A stretch of DNA of 64,000 nucleotides, from assembly GCF_006345805.1 (NCBI RefSeq), contig NW_021835988.1:310001-374000 (forward strand). Reading direction: 5' to 3'. This document shows, in pieces, positions 1 through 11,618 of the stretch (position 1 is its first letter; each line of letters starts with the position of its first letter). The position numbers and the translations under genes were made by a program. The notes under the pieces are model-generated. The model had not been told where the DNA came from. It did not search any database and was given only the letters and a program-made list of their open reading frames with translations. The DNA comes from Octopus sinensis (lineage: Eukaryota).

Positions 1-643
1 AGATAGTGAAGACATTATGAGGAGAAAGATGCTATCGACTGTTGCACTTAACAAACTGCGGACCACTTGGCTACGAAACCGCGAGGTTGGAACGGCCTTA
101 CGTGCCAAATTATACAATGCTTTTATTAAACCCATACTTTTGTACAACGGAGGAACATGGGGAATATCTGAGTCTGAATCAAAATCTCTTGATGCATTCC
201 ATAGAAGACAGTTAAGAATTCTTATTGGCATCAACTGGCCAAAGAAAATCAAGAACTCCACCCTATACAATATCTGCAACAGCAGACCCGTCAGTGTGGA
301 CATTACCGAAGCACGTTGGCGCCTATTGGGCCACATTCTAAGACTCGACCAGGATGTTTATGCTAACTGGGCAATGGAATCATATTACGCAAAGGACGAA
401 AGATCTGCGTCCCGAGGACGCCCACGAAATACATTACCTATTGTAATCTCAAAAGAACTACAACGCGTTAAAAGACAACTGAAAAATGGAGACGACCTAG
501 ATACTCTCAGGAGTATAGCATACAACCGCACATCATGGAAAATTATGACCGAAAAGATAGTCTCATATGTGGCACATGTGGGAACTTAATTAGTTTAAAT
601 TACATTATGTTCCTATGACAGTGCTAATAATAATAATAATAAA
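1..643 (+). mobile_element. RTE-clade LINE 3' end (RT C-terminus, ORF 17-589) with (TAA)n tail
   Basis: Typical RTE C-terminal motifs KLYNAFIKPILLYNGGTW, RWRLLGHILR and RGRPR; gctaataataataataataaa tail at about 623-643. Confidence 0.85.
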
Positions 644-644
644 A

Positions 645-1030
645 GTAAAATCCATATTTTACTAGAATAAACTATAAAAAATAACAATAAAATAGTAAAA
701 ATCGAGATAAACAAAAAATACTAAAAAGAAATAATATAATTGGAAAAATCCATATGAATGAAGATTAATTAATCAATAAAATGAATAGACTTGCAAAATA
801 AAATTTATCAGTGATATTTTACCAGTAGTCAATGAATTAATCTTCAAACAAATGAAAAAACAAAATATATAAAAATAAAATATGAAAGCAAAAGAAAAAA
901 ATAAAAATTAACAACCACAATCACAACACAAGAAAAAATGACGTATTTAGGACATGAGAATTTATTGTAATTAATTAGATAAATTTAGAACATTAAAAAA
1001 ATTAAATCAATAACATTTAATATTGTCAGT
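645..1030. repeat. Dispersed strand-biased AT-rich repeat, copy 1 of 6
   Basis: Shared core cttgcaaaata...gatattttaccagtagtcaat...aattaatcttcaaacaaat and end taacatttaat, also at about 6490, 20690, 37820, 45248 and 48138. Confidence 0.85.
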
Positions 1031-1044
1031 CTTTTTGCGTAAAC

Positions 1045-1345
1045 AAATCAACACATAATTACATGTCGACTCTGCCTCCCGCCCTAGCTCAGCCTCAGCA
1101 CATGCCGAAACGAAAAAAATCGCAAAGTACGCCTCATTATAGAACACCTGCCTTTTTGTCCCCCTCGCTTTTGAGACGAGTGGGATAATCAGCCCAAAAG
1201 CCCTGGAGTCACTTTCGGAAATTGGTTTAATGATCTCAAGGAAGAGTCACGAGAGACGTGAGTCTAGCTGGCTTTTTCAGCACATTTCCCTTGCGATATT
1301 CCGCGGAAACTGCCTGTCTATTTGCTCGTTCTCTCAATCCAAGAA
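1045..1345 (+). mobile_element. CRE-clade non-LTR retrotransposon, endonuclease 3' fragment
   Basis: Translates to FVPLAFETSGII...WLFQHISLAIFRGNC, matching the REL C-terminus of the longer CRE copies in the window. Confidence 0.75.
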
Positions 1346-1699
1346 TTAACGACTGTTTAAATAAACAGGAAATCGAGTTCTGGATTGCTGACGATGGCCT
1401 TCTATTTTGTTTTTTTTGTTTATCCAAAGGCAGCTGTTTAAAAAAATATTCAGTCGATTCTCTTCGTTCCTTAAAACATCAGAACAATGTGCGTATAAAT
1501 TTTCCATTGTGACCTGGTGCTCATGCCGCATATTATTAAAAATTATGTACACCGATTTCAAAACACAAAATATACATCTCTTCAACTTAGTTATTGAGCT
1601 ACTGTCTGACGCAACATAGGAAAGCTTCAGGGGGGGGCACTTTTTTAAAATAACATTTTAGCAAAATAAAATGAAAAATTAAAACAAAATTATGAACAT

Positions 1700-2010
1700 T
1701 TTGGGGCGTCGTACAATAATTTATTGTTACTTGACAATGTGGAATCCCATAAAACTGTTGAATGTTTAAATATAGAATTTTTATTTTTAGCAAAAAATAT
1801 ACGCTTTATTTACAACCTTTAGATATGAGAATAATCAAGGTTTTGTAAGATTATTATTCAAGTCTTTTGATATAATTTTTGAGTTTTCGAGATTTCGAAA
1901 ACGATTTTATACATTCTATTTCCAAATCAAACTTTCGTCGTGTCATGGTGCTAATTTCAAAGGGCTGAAAGAAGATAGATGTGGCATGTATTGTTAATTG
2001 TTGGAAAAGA
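1700..2010 (+). mobile_element. Degenerate pogo/Tigger DDE fragment
   Basis: LLLDNVESHK...LQPLDMRIIK read across frameshifts. Confidence 0.6.
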
Positions 2011-2235
2011 AACGACAGGAAACGTGATTCTTATGTAACAGAGTGTCTAATATATCATCATGTAAATCACCGATTTCAAAAGTAAAAATAGGAATTAACT
2101 TAAGAAGTAATTATACAATCTTTTCTGAGTATATAAAGGAGTCTACACAAAATACACAAATCCAAGTAAGTAGCTGGCATTTAGTAACTTTACTTGAACT
2201 CTAAAGATTAAATAAATATAAAAAAACACTTTATA

Positions 2236-4100
2236 CACCCCTCGACATTAAAATCCGAACACTTAATTTTTAGCAAATTTTTTATCATTTTTAATAAAAT
2301 AATTTATTTGAGCTTCTTTATTTGTATTATTTTAACTATTTATATATTTAAATATATATTCGAACATATAATTTTCAAAATTAAAGCAGAAACGTGTTTT
2401 CTAGTGACAAAGAATTCCGAACGGTATTTTTGTTCAACTTGCAGAATACAATTTTTATTAGACAGAAATTAATAATTTCAAAAAAGGACAAATTATATCT
2501 TTATATAATCAAAATTTCTCCTATAAAATGATTTCGGACATCGTAAATATACCGAAGACAACTGTTTGGGACTTTGTTAAAAAATATCTAAAAACCGGGA
2601 TTACGTGCAGAAAGGCTGGATCTGGAAGGCCACCCAAGTTCAGTCAAGATGAAATTAGGATTCTTTTATCATTATCAACTGACAAGACGAATGTATCAAT
2701 ACAGAAAAAAGGAAATAAGTTGAGATATGCGAAGATAATACCTAGTTTTAAGTTTGGTGGAGGGAAAGTTCTTGTTTGGGACTGTTTTTCGTATTTCGGA
2801 ATGGGGAAATTAGTTTTTATTGATGGAAAAATGAACTCTGGGGAATATATTAATATTCTGGCAAATAATCTTGAAGATTCTGCGAATAAAATGGGATTGA
2901 GCGACTATACAGCGATACAAATAAAAAACGGAACACTCATTTTCTCGATTTTTTTCTATTGAATGATTGATTTATTTTAACACAAATAGAATTTTTAGAA
3001 GACAAACATAACTTTAGCCTTTAAAAAATAAAAACAACTTATATTTCGGACCGTAATAAATCCAGTTTTGTCCAAACAAAATAAAAAGAGAACAAAATAA
3101 ATTCTCTATTTTTACAGAGTTTTTAAACCATTTTTTATTTTATTACACGTGCTGATTCTTGTTACATGGTTTACAACTTACATTACAAGAAAAAGCAGAA
3201 ATTATTACGTATTATAAAGTCGGAAAGTCATATCGGGAAATAAGAATTTGACCGGAAGATCTCTGAGTGCCATCTCGAGAGTCATTCGAAACTTCACCAT
3301 GAATGATTCCTTCCAGAGAAAAAAGGGCTCAGGACGAAGATTTAAACTTAACTCTGATGATCTCGGAATAATTCAACGTGAACAAAAAACTGACGTTGAT
3401 TTCAATTCCGTAAAATGTTTGGAAATTTTACGTTCTGAAACGGGAACTGCTGTCACATCACAGACAGTGAGGAACTATTTGAAAAGACTGAACATATCGA
3501 CGTTTCAGCCTACGAAAAGGTCATATCTGTCGAAAAAACACAAAAAGACTAGACTTTCTCAGTGCATTAAGTGGAACATGTTGCTGTATATTCCAACAAG
3601 ATAATGCGCCTTGCCACACATCTAAGGCAACTAAAGAATATATGTCGTCTCAAAATATTAATTTGCTCGACTGGCCACCTCAGTCACCTGACATGAACCC
3701 AATCGAACACATTTGGGCTCACATTAAAAACGTTCTTTCAAGTGATACTTCAGAAAGCAGAACAAGTACAAAAATTGATCTAAAGCAAAAAATATCGGAA
3801 ATTTGGGAAAATATCCCAATGGAATTCATCAGAAAACTTGTTAGCTCAATGTAAAATCGTAGTTTGGAAGTTTACAACAGAAAAGGAAGGCATTCAAGCT
3901 ACTAATTAAATTTTGTTCGGTTTTTTTGTCATGAAATTCTCGTTTTTTGCTTTATTCTTTAAAATTATATGTTTCAATATATATTTAAATATTAAAATAG
4001 TTAGAATAATACAAATAAAGAAGCTCAGATAAATTATTTTATTGAAAATGATTAAAAATTTGCTTAAAATTAAGTGTTCGAATTTTAATGTCGAGGGGTG
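2236..4100 (+). mobile_element. Tc1-like element with long (~190 bp) imperfect TIRs and two deleted transposase segments
   Basis: TA|CACCCCTCGACATTAAAA ... TTTTAATGTCGAGGGGTG|TA. Transposase pieces GSGRPPK and KFGGGKVLVWDCF (2528-2962), GSGRRFK (3248-3604), QQDNAPCH and WPPQSPDMNPIEHIW (3590-3854). Confidence 0.9.
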
Positions 4101-4224
4101 TATTTTTGAATACTATAATGTTCCTTTTTCATTTTAAAAAATAAACATACTCTTTGATTTAAAACATATTGTAGTAACTCAATGAAAAATTCAATAAGAA
4201 AAAAAACGCAAAAAAGGATAAATA

Positions 4225-5529
4225 CAGTAAAGTCTCTCGAATCCGCCGACTCTCGAATCCGCCATACCCTCGAATCCGCCAATTATAATTAATAAATTCT
4301 CTTATCCGCCATTTTTCCTAGAAAAAATTCTCAAATCCGCCAAATTCTCGAATCCGCCATATTTTTTATAATGAATCCGCCATGTGTCCTAATTTTAAAT
4401 AATTTTTTTAATTAAATTTACTGATATATAATCAATTTATTAACACGTTACATCTGTCTTTTTTGTTATATTAATGAAACGTAACTGTACAAGACTAAAA
4501 AAAATCAAAAAATTGAGATTTTGAAGTTTATTCAAACAAATAATGAATTATCTTCACTAAAATTTCTGAGATTTTTTCGAAAAAATACAACTTGCCTGTT
4601 TCTAATCAATATACAACTTGCCTGTTTCTAAGAATTTTTAATCAATTTCTATTAAAATGAAAAATGGAATTGCGAAAACAAGATAGAAAAAATTTTGCTG
4701 TTGTAGATCAATCTCCTGCACATAAGGTGAATTTCATGAAATTTACATTAGGTATTGATTGAATTAAAACAAATTGAGATGTTATTTCTACCACCTAATA
4801 CAACATCTTTTATACAGCCCATAGATCAGGGCATAATTAAATCGTATAAATGTAAATTCAATTCTCTAAAATTTTCCAATATAATTCAAAAAATTGAAGC
4901 TGGACAAACCCCTATGTTGCACACAAACAACTAAGCATAAAAGATTCAATATTATTTACATATTATGCTTGGAACAAAATAAAAAGTTCCTTAATTTTAA
5001 ATTGTTCCATTCATGCAAAATGGACTCAAAACAATGAAAATATTAATTATGAAAATCCCTTAATTGAAAATTATGAGAATATTCTGGAAAAAATGGATAT
5101 TATTGATCCGTTAGAAGAAAGTCTTTATATTGAGATTGAATATAATGAAAGTGAAGAACTTGAATTAAATAATTCAGAAAAAATAGAACAAGAAATTAGC
5201 GAAGAACCGTGTGAACAAAGTCAGAAAGTTGTTACCATTAACGAGGCTTTTATCGCTTTAAACAAATTAAAAGAGTTCTACAATCAAGAAGAATTCTTTA
5301 ATATAGAAAATCTTGAGTATATTGAAAACATTGGATCTTCAATGATCCAAACTCTAAAAAGAAACAAGTCGAAACTTACTGATTTTTTTGTTTTTAGTTA
5401 ATTATTTTGGCTTAATAATTTAAATTATTAATGGATTAAAAAATCGATAAGTCTCTCGAATCCGCCAAATTCTCGAATCCGCCAGATTTTGCCGATCCCC
5501 GAAATTGGCGGATTCGAGAGACTTTACTG
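4225..5529 (+). mobile_element. Internally deleted pogo/Tigger element with a 25-nt intron (4727-4751)
   Basis: Perfect 23-bp TIR CAGTAAAGTCTCTCGAATCCGCC with TA at 4223-4224 and 5530-5531; subterminal ctcgaatccgcc repeats; spliced DQSPAHK|VLIELKQIEMLFLPPNTTSFIQP. Confidence 0.9.
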
Positions 5530-5531
5530 TA

Positions 5532-6344
5532 TCTAGAAAACAGACAATATGGAGCCGGCTTAATAAATAAAAAGAACAACTGCTATTTGAATACCGTATT
5601 ACAAACTTTAATTTTCACTCCGCCATTTTATCAAATTTATGATTCGAGTCCAAATATTAATCTATGTTTATATTTTTCATTTAAAATTTGCAGGTCAAAA
5701 AAAATTAAAAAATGAACAATGTCTGGAATGCTCGATGAAATTACACATCGACAAGACAAAGTTAAATTGCTCCTTTTACCCAGATATAATTCTGCAATGT
5801 TTATTAAGTAACTTATTTTGTTTTAATTAATTACAGATCTCTCCAACACGATGAAAGACGATGAACAACAAGACCCGCATGAATGTTTAATATTCATTCT
5901 GGAAAAACTGAATAACAATATTAATTTTGAATATAATAATATGTATGTTAATAATAATTGTTATAGTTCTAATTCTCGGGAGACAAATATCATTTCCAAA
6001 ATTTTTGAAGGTATTCTTCAAAGTCAAGGTTGCTATTTTTATATTATTTCTTAGTTTTTTGTGCAAGTTGTGGACATTCTTCCAAACAATTTGGCCGTTT
6101 TTTGGATCTTTCTGTTTCAATAAAAGTATCATAAGAATTTAAGTTTTTATAGTATGCTTCGTCGCTCCTAAAGTCAATGTCTGCATATTTTGAAGCTGAA
6201 CATTTTAATGGAAGTAATAAATACTTCTGTGATAGGTTTTTATATTTAGATAACTTTATTCAATAGCTGTAATAATTATGTGAAGGGTACAAAGCTTTTA
6301 AGTATTAATAAGCTTCCGAAAATTTTGACTTTTCAAATCAAGAG
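5532..6344 (+). pseudogene. USP36/USP42-like ubiquitin-specific protease, disrupted at both ends
   Basis: Cys box GAGLINKKNNCYLNTVLQTLIFTPPF; QQDPHE motif; CASC...FLDLSV; YFCDSC...KLPKILTFQIKR. GT-AG introns 5648-5693, 5808-5836, 6029-6054, 6126-6152 and 6236-6266 join these in frame. No His box follows. Confidence 0.85.
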
Positions 6345-6489
6345 GTAAATAAAGACTACTTTTAAAAAAGACAACTTTTAAAAAGGTAAATAAAGACAAG
6401 AGGTAAATAAAGACTACGCTGGGGGATGCAAAGTTCGGCGTTAGTTAGTTGATTTCTTAATTATTGTTCGGTCAATAGTTATTGATTGT

Positions 6490-6820
6490 AAAAATAAACA
6501 ATAAAACACTGAAAAAAAGATCCAAATAAACAAAAAATATTAGAAAGAAATAAATTTACTATAAAAAACCATATGAATAGAGATTAATTAATTGATGAAA
6601 TGAATATAAATTCACTTGCAAAATAAACTTTATTCAGGATATTTTACCAGTAGTCAATTTAATTAATCTTCAAACAAATAAAAAACAAAAATATCATAAA
6701 AATAAGACATTAATACCAAGAAAGAGCGAAATAAAAATTAAAAACAAAAACCCACAACAAATTAAAAGAATATTACGTGTTAAACGTTAAATCGATAAAT
6801 TTATAACATTTAAAAAATAT
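6490..6820. repeat. Dispersed AT-rich repeat, copy 2
   Basis: ttcacttgcaaaataaactttattcaggatattttaccagtagtc core. Confidence 0.85.
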
Positions 6821-6825
6821 AATAA

Positions 6826-7546
6826 ATAGAATAGAATAGAATAGTGTTTATTGAGCGAAAAGAAAAAGAAAAACAAGGAAGAAATCATCGGCGGGGAGAT
6901 AAAAACAAGGCACCGAAGTGTCTCTTTCCATGCGTATCCCCAATACTAGTCATGTTTGACGACAATTCTCCAAGACCATCCGGATCGTGGGCACAGAGGA
7001 TTCTTGTGAGTCTTTTAACCTTCCGTCAAGTTGTACTCCGTAAGCCAATTTCATAGCGAAACGTCTTGTCTTTTCCAACTGTTCGATCAGGTAGTCACTC
7101 TCCTCCGTACCGTACCAGCCCTCGTAGCCATATGTGAGGACTGGCTGCACACACGTTTTGTATACGTAGATGTACGTTTCCGGATCCAGATGGAACCTGG
7201 TTAAGCTTTTGAGGATCCTCACACTCCTCTTTCTCTGATTTGCTATATGCTCTACGTACGAGCCACGACAGTTAATGGTTGCTCCCAGGTAAGAAAGATT
7301 TTTTCTTTTCGAGAGATCCATCACATAGCTACTCATCGCATATGCACAAGACTCCGCATAGCGACTCCCTCTCCGCAACCATGAAATGGTGCTCTTCTCC
7401 GGTGCTAGGGTCAAACCCTTCTCTATAGTCCACATCTTTAGCGTTGCAATGTATGATTTCAGTCGTCTCCAAGACTGCGATATCCTTTTTGAGGTATCCA
7501 TGACCAGGATATCGTCAATATAATAAATACCATTTAATATTGTCAT
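6826..7546 (-). mobile_element. L2/CR1-group LINE 3' end with (CTATT)n tail
   Basis: RT C-terminus (IYYIDD, YLGATI, YKTCVQPVLTYG) in ORF 6950-7546; ends aataaacactattctattctatt; near-identical copy at 51385-51985. Confidence 0.8.
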
Positions 7547-7624
7547 TTTGTTTGAATTCAGTCATGTTATTTTTCACAATTTTTTTAACATTAAATTATC
7601 TTTTGAATAATTATTTTTTAATTG

Positions 7625-7815
7625 ATGGACCAAAATTTCGTGGACGACCCCGAATAACACTCCTAGCCGTTCTGCAACAAGACCTACTCTGCGTGAGGAA
7701 AACCCTAAACAACTGTGAGGACCTGGAAAAACTCTACAGGCAGGCCCAAAACCGCGGAGGGTGGAAAACTATGGTTAAGAAGATTATATCGTGTTTGGCA
7801 TGTGTCGAAATATGA
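7625..7815 (+). mobile_element. RTE LINE 3' fragment
   Basis: RGRPRITLLAVLQQDL...AQNRGGWK, homologous to the end of ORF 17-589. Confidence 0.7.
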
Positions 7816-8229
7816 TTTATTCTGTTCAGATTTCTACGAGAAGTGCTATTATAATAATTTTTTTAATTTTTAAAAAAATGTATTATAAATGTTATCGACG
7901 CTATTTTAAATGCTGTTTTTTTAATGCCAATTTAAATTCCATTTAAAAAATTTATTTAATGTCACCCTTAAAAGACAAATAAAATGATAAGAAATTAATT
8001 CAAATAAAATAATTTAGCAGCTATATAGTATTTTCAGGTCAGGAAGATCTACTGCTGATGTGGCTTGGAAACATGAATGGTTTTGTGCAATACATCAAAA
8101 GAAAAGGGTGCTAGTGGCATCCAATGCATTTGACTCCATACACAGAAGGAGCCTTCGCAATATCTTAGAGAATTTGGTTGAGGGGACAATGCCAGAATGA
8201 TTTGTCTATTACTCGGAACTACTTAAAGA

Positions 8230-8524
8230 AATGCTTCAAGGACCTCATCATGTGAGTGGAGAACATACTTATTGTTCATTTTAAGCAAAATCCAAAAACT
8301 TTTTAATTTTTTTAGTCAGAAGGTTTTAAGGACCTCATCATTGAAGATATTCTTGATATGTCAGTTTATAGAGTAAAAATTTTTGGAGGACCTCATAATT
8401 TTAAATTTGTTCCCCATTATTGGCGAATTATAAAAAGAAAGAATTTAGACAATTTATCTGTATTTTGCTAATTTGAAGTTTGTGCGCACAGACAGACACA
8501 CGCCATACCATTTTATTATTAAGA
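8230..8524 (-). mobile_element. Truncated Helitron 5' end
   Basis: Reverse complement of the 10098 terminus (A|TCTTAATAATAAAATGGTATGGCGTGTGTCTGTCTG) plus degenerate copies of the 95-bp unit. Confidence 0.75.
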
Positions 8525-8739
8525 TGAATTGAAATTAATGCTATTATCATAGTCAAAGTACATTTAATTAATAAAAATTTAACATTATCGATCCGTAATT
8601 GAGATGTTATTAGTTTAAAAAAATCATAAACCCTTTAGAATAGCACGGGTTTCATCTCCAATTGCCGTTTCAGGTGTTTCCGTAGAATGATGAGCATTCC
8701 ACACATATGCGCAGAAGAGGAAAGCACGTCACGCCGAAA

Positions 8740-8909
8740 GAATACCTAATATGTTAGATTTTTTAGTAGAAAATTCATGGAGGACTCAAGACTTGTTCTC
8801 CATTATTTGCTTAATTATAAGGGAAAGGATTTTGACAATCTATTTGTATTTTTTTAATTTGAAGTTGGTGTAAAAACACAGAAAGATACACACCATTTTA
8901 TTATTAAGA
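8740..8909 (-). mobile_element. Second truncated Helitron 5' end
   Basis: caccattttattattaagat at 8891-8910, the same terminus, more diverged. Confidence 0.65.
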
Positions 8910-9266
8910 TCTTGTACATTTTCTCTTTGAATTGCTCTAAGAAAAATTTCTGCAAAGATCTTTCCTTGTCAAATATAACTTTAAATACGCTTTTTTACAG
9001 TCGATTTCGAGATGTAAAATAAAGTCTAGGACGACAAATCACTCCACCAATCACGCTCCTCAGATGAACATTTGTAAATTGGTCGACATGTAAAGGGAGT
9101 AAAACCACCTGTGCATTTTGTCCCTCGAGTGACCATATCCTCGCATACCCAAACTCATCAACTTCCACAATATCACCACAATACTATCAGAAGTGACCAA
9201 ATTACAACTCTCTTAATATTCAAAAATACTCCCCTTAAACTTCGAACTAGAATGGCCTCGGAACGT

Positions 9267-10056
9267 TCACAAAATACGAGAAGGGAAAAGCAAATCATAA
9301 GAAAACAACTGAGAATGAGATCCACACAGCACTAGAGGACTCGTCCTTGCCTCCAACTGATATTGCTGATTACGAGAACCGAAAAATCTCTTAAAAATAA
9401 AATGGACGCATTTCTTGTTTCCATTACATCTTAAGTCATATATTTGAACCGTCGAGTCACGTGAACTGACTGAGTGAAAAATATGTTCTCCCTTGTTTTT
9501 AAGGATTGGCTCGAACCTCAAAAGCGACTCCATTGGGTCCGTTTGTCGACTTGAAGTAGTTTTCAGAAAAATCGTAAAGTAAAAGGTAGTCAAAATGGGC
9601 TATTGCCAATTTATTATTGCAGGCCAACGAATAGCCGATGTTCATTATCTCGTGAATTTGAATTTTGGAAACGACAAGACATGACTTGTCCAAAACAACG
9701 ACGATCCACTCCACTGTGAGTAAAATGACCACAATGACAAGATCCTCCAAAGACTGACGGGGAGACAACAGGGGGCAGCCCGCAATAAAACAAACATCAC
9801 GGATATAGTTTCCGTAATAAGCAAAATCGATAGGAGGGAACGGATTCATGTAGAAACCACGGTCAACCTTGTAAAAATGGGCGTGACCAGAGACGTAGTG
9901 GAGCAGGATGTCTCCGTCTGGAGAGAGAAATGTAGGGCCCACCTTCCACTCTCGATCTATTTTCTTTTGTAATTTTAGGGGGACAAATTTGGGGCTTTTT
10001 GTTTTTCGAATGTTATAGCTGAATTGATAAAAACATTTTCCAAAGACATTTCGCAT
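9267..10056 (-). pseudogene. Possible WD40-repeat gene in two frames
   Basis: HSVSSRDSTVQIYDLR resembles a WD40 blade end (ORF 9267-9593); ORF 9499-10056 is beta-strand-like. No tiny introns recognised. Confidence 0.35.
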
Positions 10057-10118
10057 TCGGATTGGATAATATCATTTACAAATTTATTAATTTATTATCT
10101 TAATAATAAAATGGTATG

Positions 10119-10192
10119 GTGTGTGTCTGTCTGTCTGTCTGTCTGTCTGTGTGTCTGTCTGTGTGTCTGTCTGTCTGTCTGTCTGTGTGTGC
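10119..10192 (+). repeat. (GTCT/GTGT)n microsatellite inside the Helitron 5' end
   Basis: Directly visible run of gtctgtctgtgtgtct. Confidence 0.95.
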
Positions 10193-10216
10193 ACACCAAC
10201 TTCAAATTGGCAATAC

Positions 10217-11200
10217 GATGTCCTCGACTTACATGATGAGGTCCTTAAAACCTTCCCCCAAAAAAAATTAAAAAAAATTTTTCTGCGTTTTGGTCAAAAT
10301 GAACAACTACGATGTCCTCGACTTACATGATGAAGTCCTTAAAACCTTCCCCCCCAAAAAAATTAAAAAAAAAATTTTCTGCATTTTGGTTAAAATGAAC
10401 AACTACAATGTCCTCGACTTACATGATGAAGTCCTTAAAACCTTCCCCCCCAAAAAAATTAAAAAAAAAATTTTCTGCATTTTGGTTAAAATGAACCACT
10501 ACAATGTCCTCGACTTACATGATGAAGTCCTTAAAACCTTCCCCCCCCAAAAAAATTAAAAAAAAATTTTCTGCATTTTGGTTAAAATGAACAACTACAA
10601 TGTCCTCGACTTACATGATGAAGTCCTTAAAACCTTCCCCCCCAAAAAAATTAAAAAAAAATTTTCTGCATTTTGGTTAAAATGAACAACTACAATGTCC
10701 TCGACTTACATGATGAAGTCCTTAAAACCTTCCCCCCCAAAAAAATTAAAAAAAAATTTTCTGCATTTTGGTTAAAATGAACAACTACGATGTCCTCGAC
10801 TTACATGATGAAGTCCTTAAAACCTTCCCCCCCAAAAAAATTAAAAAAAAATTTTCTGCATTTTGGTTAAAATGAACAACTACAATGTCCTCGACTTACA
10901 TGATGAAGTCCTTAAAACCTTCCCCCCAAAAAAATTAAAAAAAAATTTTCTGCATTTTGGTTAAAATGAACAACTACAATGTCCTCGACTTACATGATGA
11001 AGTCCTTAAAACCTTCCCCCCCAAAAAAAATTAAAAAAATTTTCTGCATTTTGGTTAAAATGAACAACTACAATGTCCTCGACTTACATGATGAAGTCCT
11101 TAAAACCTTTCCCCCAAAAAATCAAAAAATTATTTTCTGCATTTTGATTAAAATGAACAACGCGAATGTCCTCGACATTCATGATGAGGTCCATTAAAAC
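10217..11200 (+). repeat. Tandem array of ~95-bp units, about 11 copies
   Basis: Unit aatgtcctcgacttacatgatgaagtccttaaaaccttccccccc(a)n...ggttaaaatgaacaactac, starting at about 10217, 10311, 10407 and so on to 11165. Confidence 0.95.
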
Positions 11201-11414
11201 CTTCAAGGCAAAAATCTCACGTATTAAGAATATCCTTGATGAAAACGACAGCGAGAATATTAACAATGATGAACTCCCAATTATTCGCGATAAAGAAATT
11301 CAATTCATCCTATGTTTTTCTCTTTAAAATTAAATGCATATATCATTATCGACCATGAATCAAAATTAAAGCTATTATCATATTTGACTTTGACAGAATG
11401 TGCAATCACAGATT

Positions 11415-11618
11415 GCACGACTTTGAATAGAGTGTGCAATTAACAGATTTTGAAAAACTACTTTGATAGTTGAAACCACATTAGCACAATCATTAACACA
11501 ATTTACCACCAATTGACGCACGACCTTGAATAGAGTGTGCAATTAACAGATTTTGAAATACACTTTGATAGTTGAAACCACATTAGCACAATTATTAACA
11601 CAATTTACCACCAATTGA
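11415..11618 (+). repeat. Tandem duplication of a 103-bp unit
   Basis: gcacgac...aattgac starts at 11415 and 11518. Confidence 0.9.

Noticed and set aside
10024-11197. Repeat-protein ORFs (NNYNVLDLHDEVLKTFPP)n
   Set aside because: These arise from a ~96-bp unit; homopolymer length changes shift the frame repeatedly.
10217-11200. CRISPR-like array
   Set aside because: Units are contiguous near-identical repeats with no unique spacers, lie inside a Helitron, and there are no cas genes in this eukaryotic DNA.
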